Assembly: GCA_964057225.1 (NCBI GenBank) | Contig: OZ059894.1 | Coordinates: forward strand, 9,982,001 to 10,046,000 | Length of the DNA: 64,000 bases | From: Auanema rhodensis | Lineage: Eukaryota; Animalia; Nematoda | Direction: 5' to 3' | Part shown: positions 26,501 through 38,370 of the stretch, piece by piece | How positions within the stretch are numbered: the stretch's first letter is position 1 | Layout of the letters: every line of letters begins with the position of its first letter | Program-made: the position numbers and the translations under genes | The notes under the pieces: model-generated | The model's input: only the letters and a program-made list of their open reading frames with translations | What the model was told of the DNA's origin: nothing | Database searches by the model: none

Positions 26501-27934
26501 TTCCTCCTAAACCAGAGAATGGAGCATAAACCATTCGTTCCTAAACAAAATAGAATTGGTGTTGAAACTAATTACGTAAAGAAATACCTGTTCGTTGAGA
26601 GCTCTACGCTTTCTTTCTCCAGGAAGAGGGCATGGGTCTGGTAGACTAGTTATCTAAATGAAGATATTCAACATGCAAAATTTGATTATAATTATATATT
26701 CTAACATCTTTGATTCTGAGATCTCCAACACCAGGCACATGAATTGCAGAATTATTCACTAAATTTGCTCCATGTACCCATCCGTATAAACAAATGGTTC
26801 TATCCATGTTAGGCTCTTGATGCAATTTCTAACAAGGAAAAAGTAATAACTAATCTATTTCAATAAAAAAATTACTTCAGGATCTGTAATATCCTCGTAT
26901 CTATCGCATAATACATAAGGATGTGCATCTTTCCAAACCATTGGTCTGAACTTCATGACGGAAATAAATCTAACTAAATTCTGAATTTCGCTCTTCTTGT
27001 AATGATCGTGTTCAATTCCGGACAAGTAGAAAAGTTTAGCACCCTATGATAAATACAATTTAAGATATATAAAATATATCCTAACCTGATACAACTCTGT
27101 CCAGAACCGATGTTTCATGATCTTCTTGGTTTTGTTCACTTTAGAAATTCCATCCAAACAATCCAGGTGATTAAGAACTCCTAGAATTCTGGGCATTCCG
27201 TGCACCTAAATAAAATATCTCAAAAAATGAATTTTGAGAACCCTTACTTGACAAATATTAAGAAACTCGAAGGTCTCCATTTCAAAACCATAAGAGGCAT
27301 CAACCATAAGCAAGACGAGATCAGCAATCTTAGCAATATCAATCATTTGATTAATATCGTTCTTAACTTCAATAAACTGAACTCTTCTTTCTTTACCCGT
27401 TACAATGGTAACAGGCCCTAATAAGAATATTATCAACGTGTTTATAAATAAGATAAGTTACCTTTCAATTCTCCAACACCAGTTTTCAAATAAAATTTCA
27501 CTAATGCTTTGAGCAGTGTTGATTTACCAACCTTAAATAATATAAATTTTTTCATCAACGAATATTACAAACCTTGCTTGGTCCTACTATAGCTACAATA
27601 ATGGGTGGAGGGACCACAGCTTTACGATCCATCATAACAATATGCTTCTTACGTTCATTTATATCGGCAGACCTTAAATATTATTGTAACCTTTTTATTA
27701 AAACTTCCAAAAAAAAACCTCTTAATAGCTTTCTCCGCTGCTTTAGCAGATGAGAAAGCAAAAGCCTTAACGTTATTTCCTTTAACTTTGGTTTTTTCAG
27801 CATCTCTTTTTGCTTTTCCTCCAGTTTTATGTACTGAAATATACAATGAAAGCAATATCAAGAAGAACAAAATTACCTCTATGTATTTTATTTTTTTGGC
27901 TCTCGAAAGCGCCTCCAGCTCCTGGGGGAGCCAT
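23507..27934 (-). CDS. BMS1: Ribosome biogenesis GTPase BMS1
   Basis: [18 protein letters not shown] (P-loop), [92 protein letters not shown]. Confidence 0.95.
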
Positions 27935-27939
27935 CCCTC

Positions 27940-28260
27940 TAAAAAAAACAATAAGGAAAAACAACTAATAGCTATATTTTAATAATCTTTAACCACATTT
28001 GAAACTTTAAAAAAACCTAAGAAGCTTAACTAGGTTAATTATGTATGAAAACTAAGATAAAGCGTAATAAATTATTTTAAATGAGATTTACAATGATTGC
28101 GTATCATTCTTCGTCGTTCGATTAAGAATGTGGTCGTAGTTAGGTTTAATTTACAGATTTCAAAAGAAATTAGCTAATTTACCATTTTTGCATAATTTTT
28201 TAGTATTTATGAATATTGGTTGAAATGGATTAAAATATTAAAATTTAATTTTTATAGAGT
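27940..28260. promoter_or_regulatory. Probable bidirectional promoter shared by the BMS1 and ZNHIT6 gene clusters
   Basis: Start codons diverge ~330 bp apart (27934 minus, 28265 plus), each preceded by a TTTTAG/TATAG acceptor. Confidence 0.5.
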
Positions 28261-28264
28261 TAAG

Positions 28265-30707
28265 ATGACAGAAGGAACAGCTTCTCAGATTGTACCAGGT
28301 ATACAGTCTCTCATAACCCATTTGACTTTTATTTTTTAAGATAATAATCAAGAGGACGGTGAAATCATAGACGATAATAGTGCCGATGAATTAGAAAAGA
28401 ACGAAGTTGAACAGTTTACTGGAAACGGTTTGTATGAGAATTTATATATTCACACAAATATGTTTAGCCAGAAAAATAGTTGAAGAATACGATAGCGATG
28501 AAGCTGACTTTAGCGATGAGGATGAACCTCCAGAGGAAATTCTTAATATGATTGCCAGCAAGGTATTTAATAAAAATAACTATCTGTACTAAGCTGAATT
28601 TACGTATAGGGGGTGAAAGCAGAAGAAGAAGAACAGGTTGACCCGACTTTATGTAGAATTTGTAAATCTGAACCACATAAATATAAGTAAGAGATTGATT
28701 GATAATATTTTTCGAAAACAAAAAAATTACAGATGCCCAAAATGTAATATTCGAACTTGCTCTTTAGCTTGTTCAAAAAAGCATAAAGAAGATAAAGAAG
28801 TAGGTTAACTCTTTCATCTGAAATAAAATTCTCATATTTTATCATTACTGTTTGACATGTCGTACGACCGGTAATAATAAAATGAAAAATGAAAATTGTT
28901 CATTTTTGAATGGTACTCTGTTTTAAGTTTACATTCTTCATTTGATTTCAGTGCGATGGTGTACGAGGACCATACACAACAGTACAGAAGCTTTCTCAGT
29001 ATACGGATAGCAATTCTATAGAGGATCAAAAGTTTCTCACACATGTTCAACAGAAGGTTAGTATTTTATGTTTCAAAAAATTTGTTGTTGTTTTAGTTCC
29101 AGCAAGAATCTACTAAAAGTTCCGTACCAAATTGTTCGTCACTCGAGCCAACTTCCATGAAAAGAGAACAGGCCTTTACTCAAGAAAATGAGCCCGTATG
29201 TTAAATTATGCATAGCAAGTTTAATAACCTTGCTTTAGATAGAAGGCGGAGAAGATCATTCTAGTAATGCAGTTGAGTTAAATGCAGATGGTACAAGAAG
29301 CAGAGTATGTGTCACATAGTTTGTTGAGCTATATTAATTATTTTAGGCATGTAATGCTATTGAGAGGTTCTTGCTTCCAAATGCTGCTCGGAGACATATA
29401 TGGCTATCTTTCAGTGCAGAGAAAGGTTTCTAATTTTTTTGTTTTACCATTTCATCTTTGAAATACAGGAGAAGATTGCTCCCGGCATGAACAATTTTCT
29501 GATTCCATTTTTTGGTGCATTGATTTCATCTTCAAAAAACAGATGGAAGATGGTAGTGTTTCTGATTATACGTATAGAGTTCAAAATATTCCTGAAACTA
29601 TTCGTATATGCACTGTATGTTGTTGTTTTTCTTCAGCTATATTCTTTCTATGCTCAGGTTTTACGACAATTTTTATCCCCTCGGAAATATGGTTGTATTG
29701 TATCCGAAAGCGACCTGGATGTGCAAAAACTAGAACCATTTATCAATGCTACTTCGGAAAATATAAATCTTTTCATGAAGGTTCCGAGATACGAAAAAGA
29801 CAGGTACGTGGCTTTTTTAGCCTACCCAGTTGAATATATTCTGCTTAAGATATTATGTAGTTATGGCTGATAAAAATATGTTAGACAATACGAGAAATAG
29901 AGTTATTCTTGATCATCCCAAAATTATTGTTGTTTTGAATAATGAGTTCTTAGACTATCAGGTAACCACAGTTGTGATCTAAACCTCTGAGTTGTCTTTT
30001 TAAGGTTTTGACTGAAGCAGAATCGTTCGAAATTCGTGAACGCATGCAGAATGAAAGAAATGCTATAATTAAACAAGTAATATTGATTTATAATATTTGT
30101 TTTCACAAATATATATTCTTTCAGAATTCTGCCAGAGGAAGAGGTGGGCACCGTGGTGGACACCGTGGAGATAGTAATGGGTTCCGAGGCGGCAGAGGTC
30201 GGGGTGGTTTTAGAGGAGGTTCTAATAACTTCGACAATCGAAGGGGAGGATTTAATAATAGAGGACAGGTAAGCTAATCATTTTATGGTTTTTTATTTCG
30301 TTCTTATGCAGAACAATTCTGGACCCAAGCGTTCATGGAACGGACAAAATGAGTATGATAATGGAATGAAACGAGGAAGAGGTCGAGTCTTCCGTGGTCA
30401 GCACAGGTTTGCCGCAGATTGATACCAATTCCATACCAATCATAATTTCAGGCATAATGATGACGCCTTTGATCCTTTTGAGCCTTTTGAAGGCCCCGTT
30501 TCCCTACCTATGGACTATGGTACTGAAAGTAAATCAGACCATAAACATGATATTAGCAACCATCAAGCTTCAAAAGCAGACGGTTGCGGTAACAGCGTAG
30601 CTGGTGAGAAGCGTTTAATTAAATGAAGTATTTGCAATTTTTCAGGATTTCATTCTACATCAAATGAAGTCTATCAACCTCATTCTAGCGGATCTATCTT
30701 TGATTAA
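28265..30707 (+). CDS. ZNHIT6: Box C/D snoRNP assembly factor ZNHIT6/Bcd1 (zf-HIT) with an RGG-rich C-terminal tail
   Basis: Spliced zf-HIT CRICKSEPHKYKCPKCNIRTCSLACSKKHKEDKECDGVR, then IFWCIDFIF and LDNTRNRVILDHPKIIVVL (BCD1-like); RGG repeats at ~30130-30270. Confidence 0.85.
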
Positions 30708-30902
30708 ATATGTTATGATCTCTGACTTGTTAAGTTGTTATTTTCACTTGTTTTATATTGTTACTTTTGTTGTTACGTTATAGTCTGTTATATTTCTAGG
30801 ATTTATAAATATTTTTTTTACAATTTAATGTTACATTCGACATGGATTATCCTACGCCTTACTTCAAAACTACTCATTGTCTAGTTATATGTTCTATTCT
30901 AG

Positions 30903-33900
30903 ATGGAATGTGATGATCAACCTTCGAGTGAGAGAGATTTTGCTCCTATGGAGCCTGTCAGGCCTTTACAATATAATTGTAAGATAGTTATAGTGTTAGA
31001 CAAGAACTATTCTTTTTCATCGTTTCAGTTGATGAAGCTTTGGAATTAGATGGAACAATAGGTGATGTGGATGCAACAATTCATCTATCTGACGGTGTCG
31101 TCTTATTTTAAAAACTTACTCCAACCTAAGCCTTCAGATGCACCAGAAGATTTAAATGAAACAATGGCAGACAATGAAATAAATTTTGATCGCTTCATGA
31201 GAGGAGAAATTGAATATAATGAATATATGAGATTAACCGGTGGCCAGACAGTAGAAGAAGAGTTAGAAGGTTAGCGATATCATATGTTCTGCGTAATATT
31301 TTGAATTCAGAAGAAGGCCACTTAGAAGATGAAGAGGAGGATGACTTGGATGACGAAGAGGATGACATTACGGGTGGCGAAGATACTGGTGATGAAAGCT
31401 TACCAGCTGGACCAAGTGTTAAAAGAGAGGTAACTATTTGACAGCCTTTTTTTAATGAATATTATTCTTTTCGGCTTCGATGGAGTTTATGCCATTTCCT
31501 GCTTCCAAAGGTAGCGAGTTACCTGTACATGTCAGAAATTTAATGGAAGAAGTATGACCACTCGTTTTAAATCAGTGGATTATGTTGTGCTTTTAGGTAG
31601 TGAATGAAGAAGCAGTTGCGGAACCATCTGCGACTGTGAAGCCTGCGGTAGCTCAAGAAAGAGAGAAGATTCCTCGGAAATTAAGCAAAACTATGGATGC
31701 TCTCTTGGGTCAAGCTAATCTCATATATGCCAGAGGTCAAACTAAAGAAGCGTTAACTATGTTACTTGAGGTATTACATGGTTGAGTGTGTAATTATTAC
31801 AAAAAGACTGTCAGGTTATTCGACAAGAACCTAGAAATGCTGTCGCTTATCAACAAGTTTCTGATATATATTCAGAGTTGGGAGATAAAGAGAAATGTTT
31901 ACAGTAAGTAGTTGTATTTCTTATCAATGTTTGATGTATTTTATTAGATATGGTTTACTTTCTGCTCATCTTGATAACCGCACATCTGCTGAATCCTGGG
32001 CCAGATGGGGTGGTGTTTCAAAAGAACTAGGGCTTATGCAAGAGGCGGCAGCTTGTTATGGAAGAGGTGTAAAGTTTACTTTATGTGCTTGACAACTTCT
32101 TAAATTTTAGCCATTAAAGCAGAACCTCAGAACTGGCACCACTATGAAAAAAGAATTGAAATTTTAGATGAATTAGGTAACTCATATTAAATTTGAAAAA
32201 TTAGTTTTACCTTACTTTTAGGATTGCGGCCAGTAGCCATGAAAACTCGATTACAAGCTGCTCAGCTTATTAGTCATCAAGATACCGGTCTTGATTTTGA
32301 ATGGTTTCACTCGTTGATTAAAGCGGTAGTTTATACAGTTATAATGGATATTATATCAGATATTCAGGTTGCTCAATACTATATTATGATAAATGATGAG
32401 GATCGTGCCATTTCAGCTTTAGAAGCTTTTGTTTTGCGTAGTAAAGAATTTGGAAAGTCAGCAGATGGTCAACATGACACTTTGATAGGTATGAAAACCT
32501 TTGAAGAGCATCAAAGATTTTGACAAAAATATGCTATCAGGTATGTGGATGGCCAAATCTCGTTATAACGAAGCGGCAAAATCTGTTATTGCGTTGTGTG
32601 AAGGAATTCGAGTTGTTTCAAACAACTATGACGACCCTGCCGTATCGGTATATATTTCACATCTTGCTAATATTATATATTTTTTGATTTAGATTAGTCT
32701 TTCGAATGGAACTTATGCTGTTGATCCCTTTCCTCCTCCAGAAGGTTGTCGATTCCTTATTGAGGATTGCTTCACCACAATAACACTCACCCGTTTGATT
32801 GTTTGCTTCATTGGCATAGGACGAAATGATTTGTCAGCGGTAATTCTTGACTTCTTTCAATTTTTCCAAGTCTGATATTTCTAGTCTCTAAAAGAAAATT
32901 TGCTTTCTCGTACTTTATCAAATAAAGGAGAAGAACCATATATTCTGGATGTGGCTAGGGCATATTATAATGTCGAAGCTTATAAAACTTGTCGTGTAAG
33001 CAGTTTTCATTGAAATATGTTTTAGCTTTTCCCTTTTTAGACGTTCTTAGAACAACTGCAAGAATGGCATAATTTATATGAAAACGATGAATTATGGTTC
33101 ATTTATGGAAATACTTTATCTGTATGTATTATTATTTTCGTAATTTTATATTTATTCCAATATCTTAGATTTTGCGAGATAATGGTGCAATGGAAGCTTT
33201 TGAACGAGCCCTACAGGTTTTAATGAATTTTGTTTCATATTATTAATGAATGTATTTTAGATTAATCCATCTCATGTTGATGCCCGTATTAACTTATCTA
33301 CACTGCAACAGAAAGCGGGAGAAACTGAAAAGGCTCTTGAAACGCTGCAAGGGTATGATCTGGATACATGTACACATTTACCGGTTAGTTCTTACAATGA
33401 ATTTGTTTTTTTAATCTACGAATATTTAAGGATGAGCGTCTTCTGATCAGACAAGCTGATGTACTCTTCGAACAAAAGAAAACTGATCAATTTGTCCGAT
33501 GTGTAAGAATGTTACTAACACCTCATTTCTATGAAATTCATCGACAACCAGATTTACTTCATAAACGAAGACAATCTCGCACTGCTTCTGGTATTTGAAT
33601 ATAAAAAAAAGTTCAGAAGTATATTATCATTTCAGGTATACATTTGAGTAATACATTAAGAGTTGTAGCCATGAATACTCTTCAAAATTCAAATTTTGAA
33701 AAATTTGTTAAAAGACTTGGTTCAATAGCAGCGAAAGAAGGACGATCTACAGATGATATAGATCCTACTCTAGTAAACTTCAAGTACATATTAGACATTT
33801 AATTTTTTCTTTCCAGTTGCATGATTATTGCTTGAAACTAATAGAATGTTTTATGAATATGGGCAAATATCAGGTATGTAGTTAAAGGGTGTATGGTCTA

Positions 33901-34993
33901 TAGCTTCAAATTTACAGGATATGCTCATAGTATGTTGTTATGCCTTTTTACAACCACGTTTGAATAAACATAAGAAGTAAGTAGATCTATTAAGTGTTTA
34001 CTTGCAAATATTCTTTTTCAGATCTTCTAACTTCCAAAATATTTTGTACTTTGCTGCAATTAAAGCGAATAGCTGGACGTTGGCTTTTGAATATGTCAGA
34101 TGGTATCACACTATTATGAATGTATGATTTTCTGGTACTTTTCACGTAAATTTAATTTTAACCTTTCAGTCTGCTAATGGACAGGTCATCACCGGAGACA
34201 AGAAGGATGTCCTCCATAAACGAATTTTCAATGCTATGAATTATGTATTCTGTCACTCACAAAACGTATCATATCATAGATATATCATGAGAGCTCTCGC
34301 AAAAGTATTCGTTTCTTCTTTATTTTTTATCCTTATTTATATTTTCATTACAGTCACCGAATAACCTTGCTTTACAAACTATTTCTGGGAACAACTCACT
34401 TATCACGGGTACATATAGACATGCTTTAGGTTATTTCTCCGCGAAGCTCAATTGTTCCAATTATATTTTGTTTAGGTGAATATTTACGTGTGTGGAAGTC
34501 GAATCCAAACAACCCTCTTATTTGCCTTCTCCTAGCTCTAACCTTCACTCATATGTCATGTAAAAAGGACTTAAGTAGCAGACATATGATCGCTGTCAGG
34601 GTAACACTAAACTATATACAATACGATGAATAAAATTATTGAACTTTAGGGAATTGGCTTTATGAAGCTCTATCAAAAGAACAGAACTTGCCTGCAAGAA
34701 GTATATTATAATATCGGTAGAATGTTTCATCAAATGTCCCTTACACCCTTGGCCATACATTTTTATGAAAAAGTTTTAAAAGAGTTTTCACCTACTGTCA
34801 GCGTTCTGGATGAGGAAGGAAATGAGCATTTCGAAAGAGTAGACAGGTATTTTTATATCTTTTGAAGGCTTGTATTATTAAATTTAGATACGATCTTCGG
34901 AAAATGGCAGCTCATAATCTAGCATTAATATATAGATCCAGTGGGAATGAATTTTTAGCTCGACGTATTTATCAACAATTTATTGTTGTTTAA
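30903..34993 (+). CDS. GTF3C3: General transcription factor IIIC subunit 3 (TFIIIC102/Tfc4, TPR protein)
   Basis: Acidic N-terminus; LLGQANLIYARGQTKEALTMLLEVIRQEP; TPRs; SGNNSLITGTYRHALGEY; QEVYYNIGRMFHQMSL..AIHFYEKVL; AAHNLALIYRSSGN..ARRIYQQFIVV*. Confidence 0.9.
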
Positions 34994-35151
34994 TAATTTA
35001 TATTCATCGTTCTTACTTGTTATTGTACATTTTAAGTTACGCTCATTCATAAATGATCTCATTATTCTTCTTTGAAAATATCAGAATGCTGTCATTGCTC
35101 AGTTTCATATTTAGCTTTGTTTTCGTAGTTGCACTTATATTGAATTTCTAG

Positions 35152-35956
35152 ATGTTCGTCTTAGCGCTAATGCAAGACACTGTTACCATTAAGCCTCATG
35201 AGATGGGACAGGACCTAGAATCTGTATGTTTTGCACCATCTTCAGAGTGTATATCAATCTTTCAGACCATACGTAGGCGTCTAAATAAGAGATTTTGTAA
35301 TAAAGTGGTTCCTGACTTGGGGTTGTGTATGTGTTTGTACGATCTAGTTGAACTTGGAGTAACTTATATCTTACCTGGTGAGGGATTAGGTCACAATCGT
35401 GTGAAGGTATAGTTTTCGATCATATTTTCTATTTGCTATCTTGTTTTAAGTTCCGTTTCATTGTATTCCGACCACACGTAGATGAAATTATTGAAGCTCG
35501 CGTCATATCATCAAACCGTCAAGGACTTCATTTGTCTCTTGAATTTTTTGAAGATATATGGGTGCCAGCAGAGAACTTGCCTGACCCACATGTTTTCGAG
35601 GAACATGAACAAGTTGGCTTAATATTTTAATAATTAAATTATTCGTGTCATTAGGTTTGGTATTGGGAATATCAAACTGATGATGGTGAATCTGCTAAGC
35701 TGTACATTGATCCTGGAAAGATTGTTCGTTTTAGAGTAAAGGAGAATATCATGAAGTAGAAATATATATTGTAGTATTTCTTTGAATAGTTGTCTGTTAT
35801 AGAGATATCAAGCCAGATATTACTCCAGACGAAGCGAAAAAAGAGCTTTCTTATCAAATAATCGGAACAATGGCTGAACATGGATTAGGATGTGTAGCTT
35901 GGTGGAGCTCTAATGAAGGAGTTGAAGATGAAGACGAAGAAATGGAAGAGGAATAA
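35152..35956 (+). CDS. POLR3H: RNA polymerase III subunit RPC8/RPC25
   Basis: MFVLALMQDTVTIKPH, LNKRFCNKVVPDLGLCMCLYD, FRFIVFRPHVDEII, LSLEFFEDIWVP, EQVWYWEY, GTMAEHGLGCVAWW. Confidence 0.93.
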
Positions 35957-36344
35957 GTTTAATGTGTTATTTTGCTGTTGTTTGTTGTTTTCATGACTAG
36001 TCCAAATGTGAAATTGTTACCCTTCTATATGAACAGTACTAACTTCCGATCAGCGTTTGGATAAATTCATTTTTTTGAAGCCACTTTCAATTTATAAGTT
36101 GATGAAAGAATCTTTATGTTCTCAAGATTATTTTATTGAAATCCTGATCAAAAGTTGAAGTACAATTTGTAGGCTGACAATTTGTTGTTGTTGTTTTGTT
36201 GTTATTTCGTTGAAAAATGCGTCATTAGTTTAATCTTTATTTAGACGGGTTTTAGTTTATTGCGTAAAATCTTGGGAGAAGACGTAGTTGAAGGAATATT
36301 TGGAGATATTGTTGTTTTTACTTTTCTCGAGAAAACTTGTTTTT

Positions 36345-37343
36345 TCATTTTATGCTGTTGTCTCCGTCTTTTTTGTACTTGGTTGCTTTTCATATTTGTT
36401 GAAACAATACCTGAAATAAATGTCTATACATCATATTATGTTGTGAACTGACTTTCATCGTCGTAACCCGGGAGCTGAGATGTTGGCTTTGTTTCTTCCG
36501 GTGGAACAGTAGGAGTTTCCTGCGGTAATTCCTCATCTGTATTGATTGGAGGTAGGGTTGGTATTGTAGTGATCGCAGTTGTCGTTCGAAATTTGGGGAT
36601 GATGAATTGATCACAAAGAATATGAGTGATAGGTTCACTGTATCTTTCGAAAAACCATGCTCCATTTCGGCAGGTAATCTGAAAGAAAGGAAGCCGCTAC
36701 ATTGATAATCGAATTCTTCAAACTATCTCGTTCAGGTTATAATCTAATGTTCGTCTCATATGAAATGGCTTTAAACCTATTATATCAGGTGATTCCGTGA
36801 AAAACATGATATACAAATCTCCCCCTAAATGCTCCTATAATATAAAACATTGAAACCGATAATTGGTTTTTGCTACCGAACGAGAACATGTAATATTATT
36901 TTCACAATCATTGACTTGAACGGTATCAAATTGCTCTTTTCTCCAGATAATAGAATTATCTGTCCACACCTTCAAGATATTCAATGAAGATCCGCAATCT
37001 GTAGTGAAAGGTTAAACTAATTAGCATAATTTTGATGATAAGCCATCTCATTTGTGATGAATGCCACGTAGAAAACGGTTGCATTTATCGACATTCAGAG
37101 AAATTGAATCGTTTTATTAAAACTTAGTTTTGAATTAAAGCATGCTTCTGCTCTATTTCATGCAAACCAGTTCCTATTCATGAATGAAATAATAAATGTT
37201 TGGGTCAAGAAAATAGAGAAGAACTGTATTTTAAGCTTATGAAAATTGAAATAGATATTGTTACCTGAGCATTCATTCGATTCCACTAGATTAAATCGAT
37301 AACTAAAAATTAAGAAATAGAAGAAGCTGAATTGAGACAACAT
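36345..37343 (-). CDS. Putative secreted Cys-containing protein (C6-domain-like) with a T/P/E-rich tail
   Basis: Spliced frames CGSSLNILKVW..DCENNITCSRS..ITCRNGAWFFERYSEPITHILC followed by TTTAITTIPTLPP; a hydrophobic N-terminal candidate exon MLSQFSFFYFLIFSYRF near 37343. The 5' structure is uncertain. Confidence 0.45.
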
Positions 37344-37947
37344 GAATTGAGGAACTAAAAGACAACATAACTGTCTTCGTTTGAAAACCTGAGATTTGAA
37401 TCTTGAGATTTCTATCCTTCATCCCGTTTGTGACCATAGTACTGGATAATCTTTCAAATAATGGCGTACTAGTTTGATTTTCTAGTCTTGAAACACTTGT
37501 TGATCTAGGTGTTTTGTTCGTGAGTCTTTCATGAACAGAAAACACATTTGTTTTTAAAACTTCTCCCTCGCAATTGCTAAAAATATTTATTTGTCTGGCC
37601 TTATCTTTCTTTTTTTCTGTCACTTAAACTTCATAGTGCAGTTCTTTACCCTGATTTACAAAATGCCACATGGTTGTCTTGATGTTTGCATCTCACGATA
37701 TTGCTTTCCCCAAAATCCACAGTATGATTGACTCATCCGTCTTCTTTGAAAAGAAAACAAGAATAGTCTTAGTTAAAAATGAAGAGTAATTGTATCTTCT
37801 CAAACCATACAAGTTCACTTATGGCCTATATAACCTGACTCTATTGTGGTATAAGAGAGCGAAGAAAAAATAGCAATTTTGTGAAATAATTTCCTTTTTG
37901 TGATGGTCAAGCAGTTTTGGTTCGTCTAATATTTTTATATTTGCAGC

Positions 37948-38370
37948 ATGTGGACACGACTTCTTTTCCTCCTCAGTCTAATATTTACTTTGAGCTGGGC
38001 CAAACTAGCTGAGAGATGCGGTTGGAATATTGATCAGATTGTACGTAAAGCTCTTCAGAAAATTCTTTGAGAAAAAAGTTCTTCAACTTTAAGAAATAAA
38101 TAACAGTCAAGCTATCGTTTCGATTGTTTGGAATTCAATACGGCTCGTTTTAGAAGCTCCTTGTTTGGTCCCTATGTAGCTTGTAATCCGAAAACATCAT
38201 AGCTGTTTTGAGAATTATGCTCAGATACTGTTTTCGGAGATGAAATCTAGTTTTTATTAACATGTCCGTACCGTCAATCCATGAAAATCCGGAGCTGTTC
38301 GAATGTATTTCATATTCTGTCCTCTTCTTGTCCTCTTGTAGATTCGCTCATACAGTTTACCAAACAATAG
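37948..38370 (+). CDS. Putative small secreted protein (~60-85 aa), unknown family
   Basis: TTTGCAG acceptor immediately before ATG; MWTRLLFLLSLIFTLSWA-KLAERCGWNIDQI is a textbook signal peptide followed by a GTACGT donor; downstream exons are plausible but ambiguous. Confidence 0.4.
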
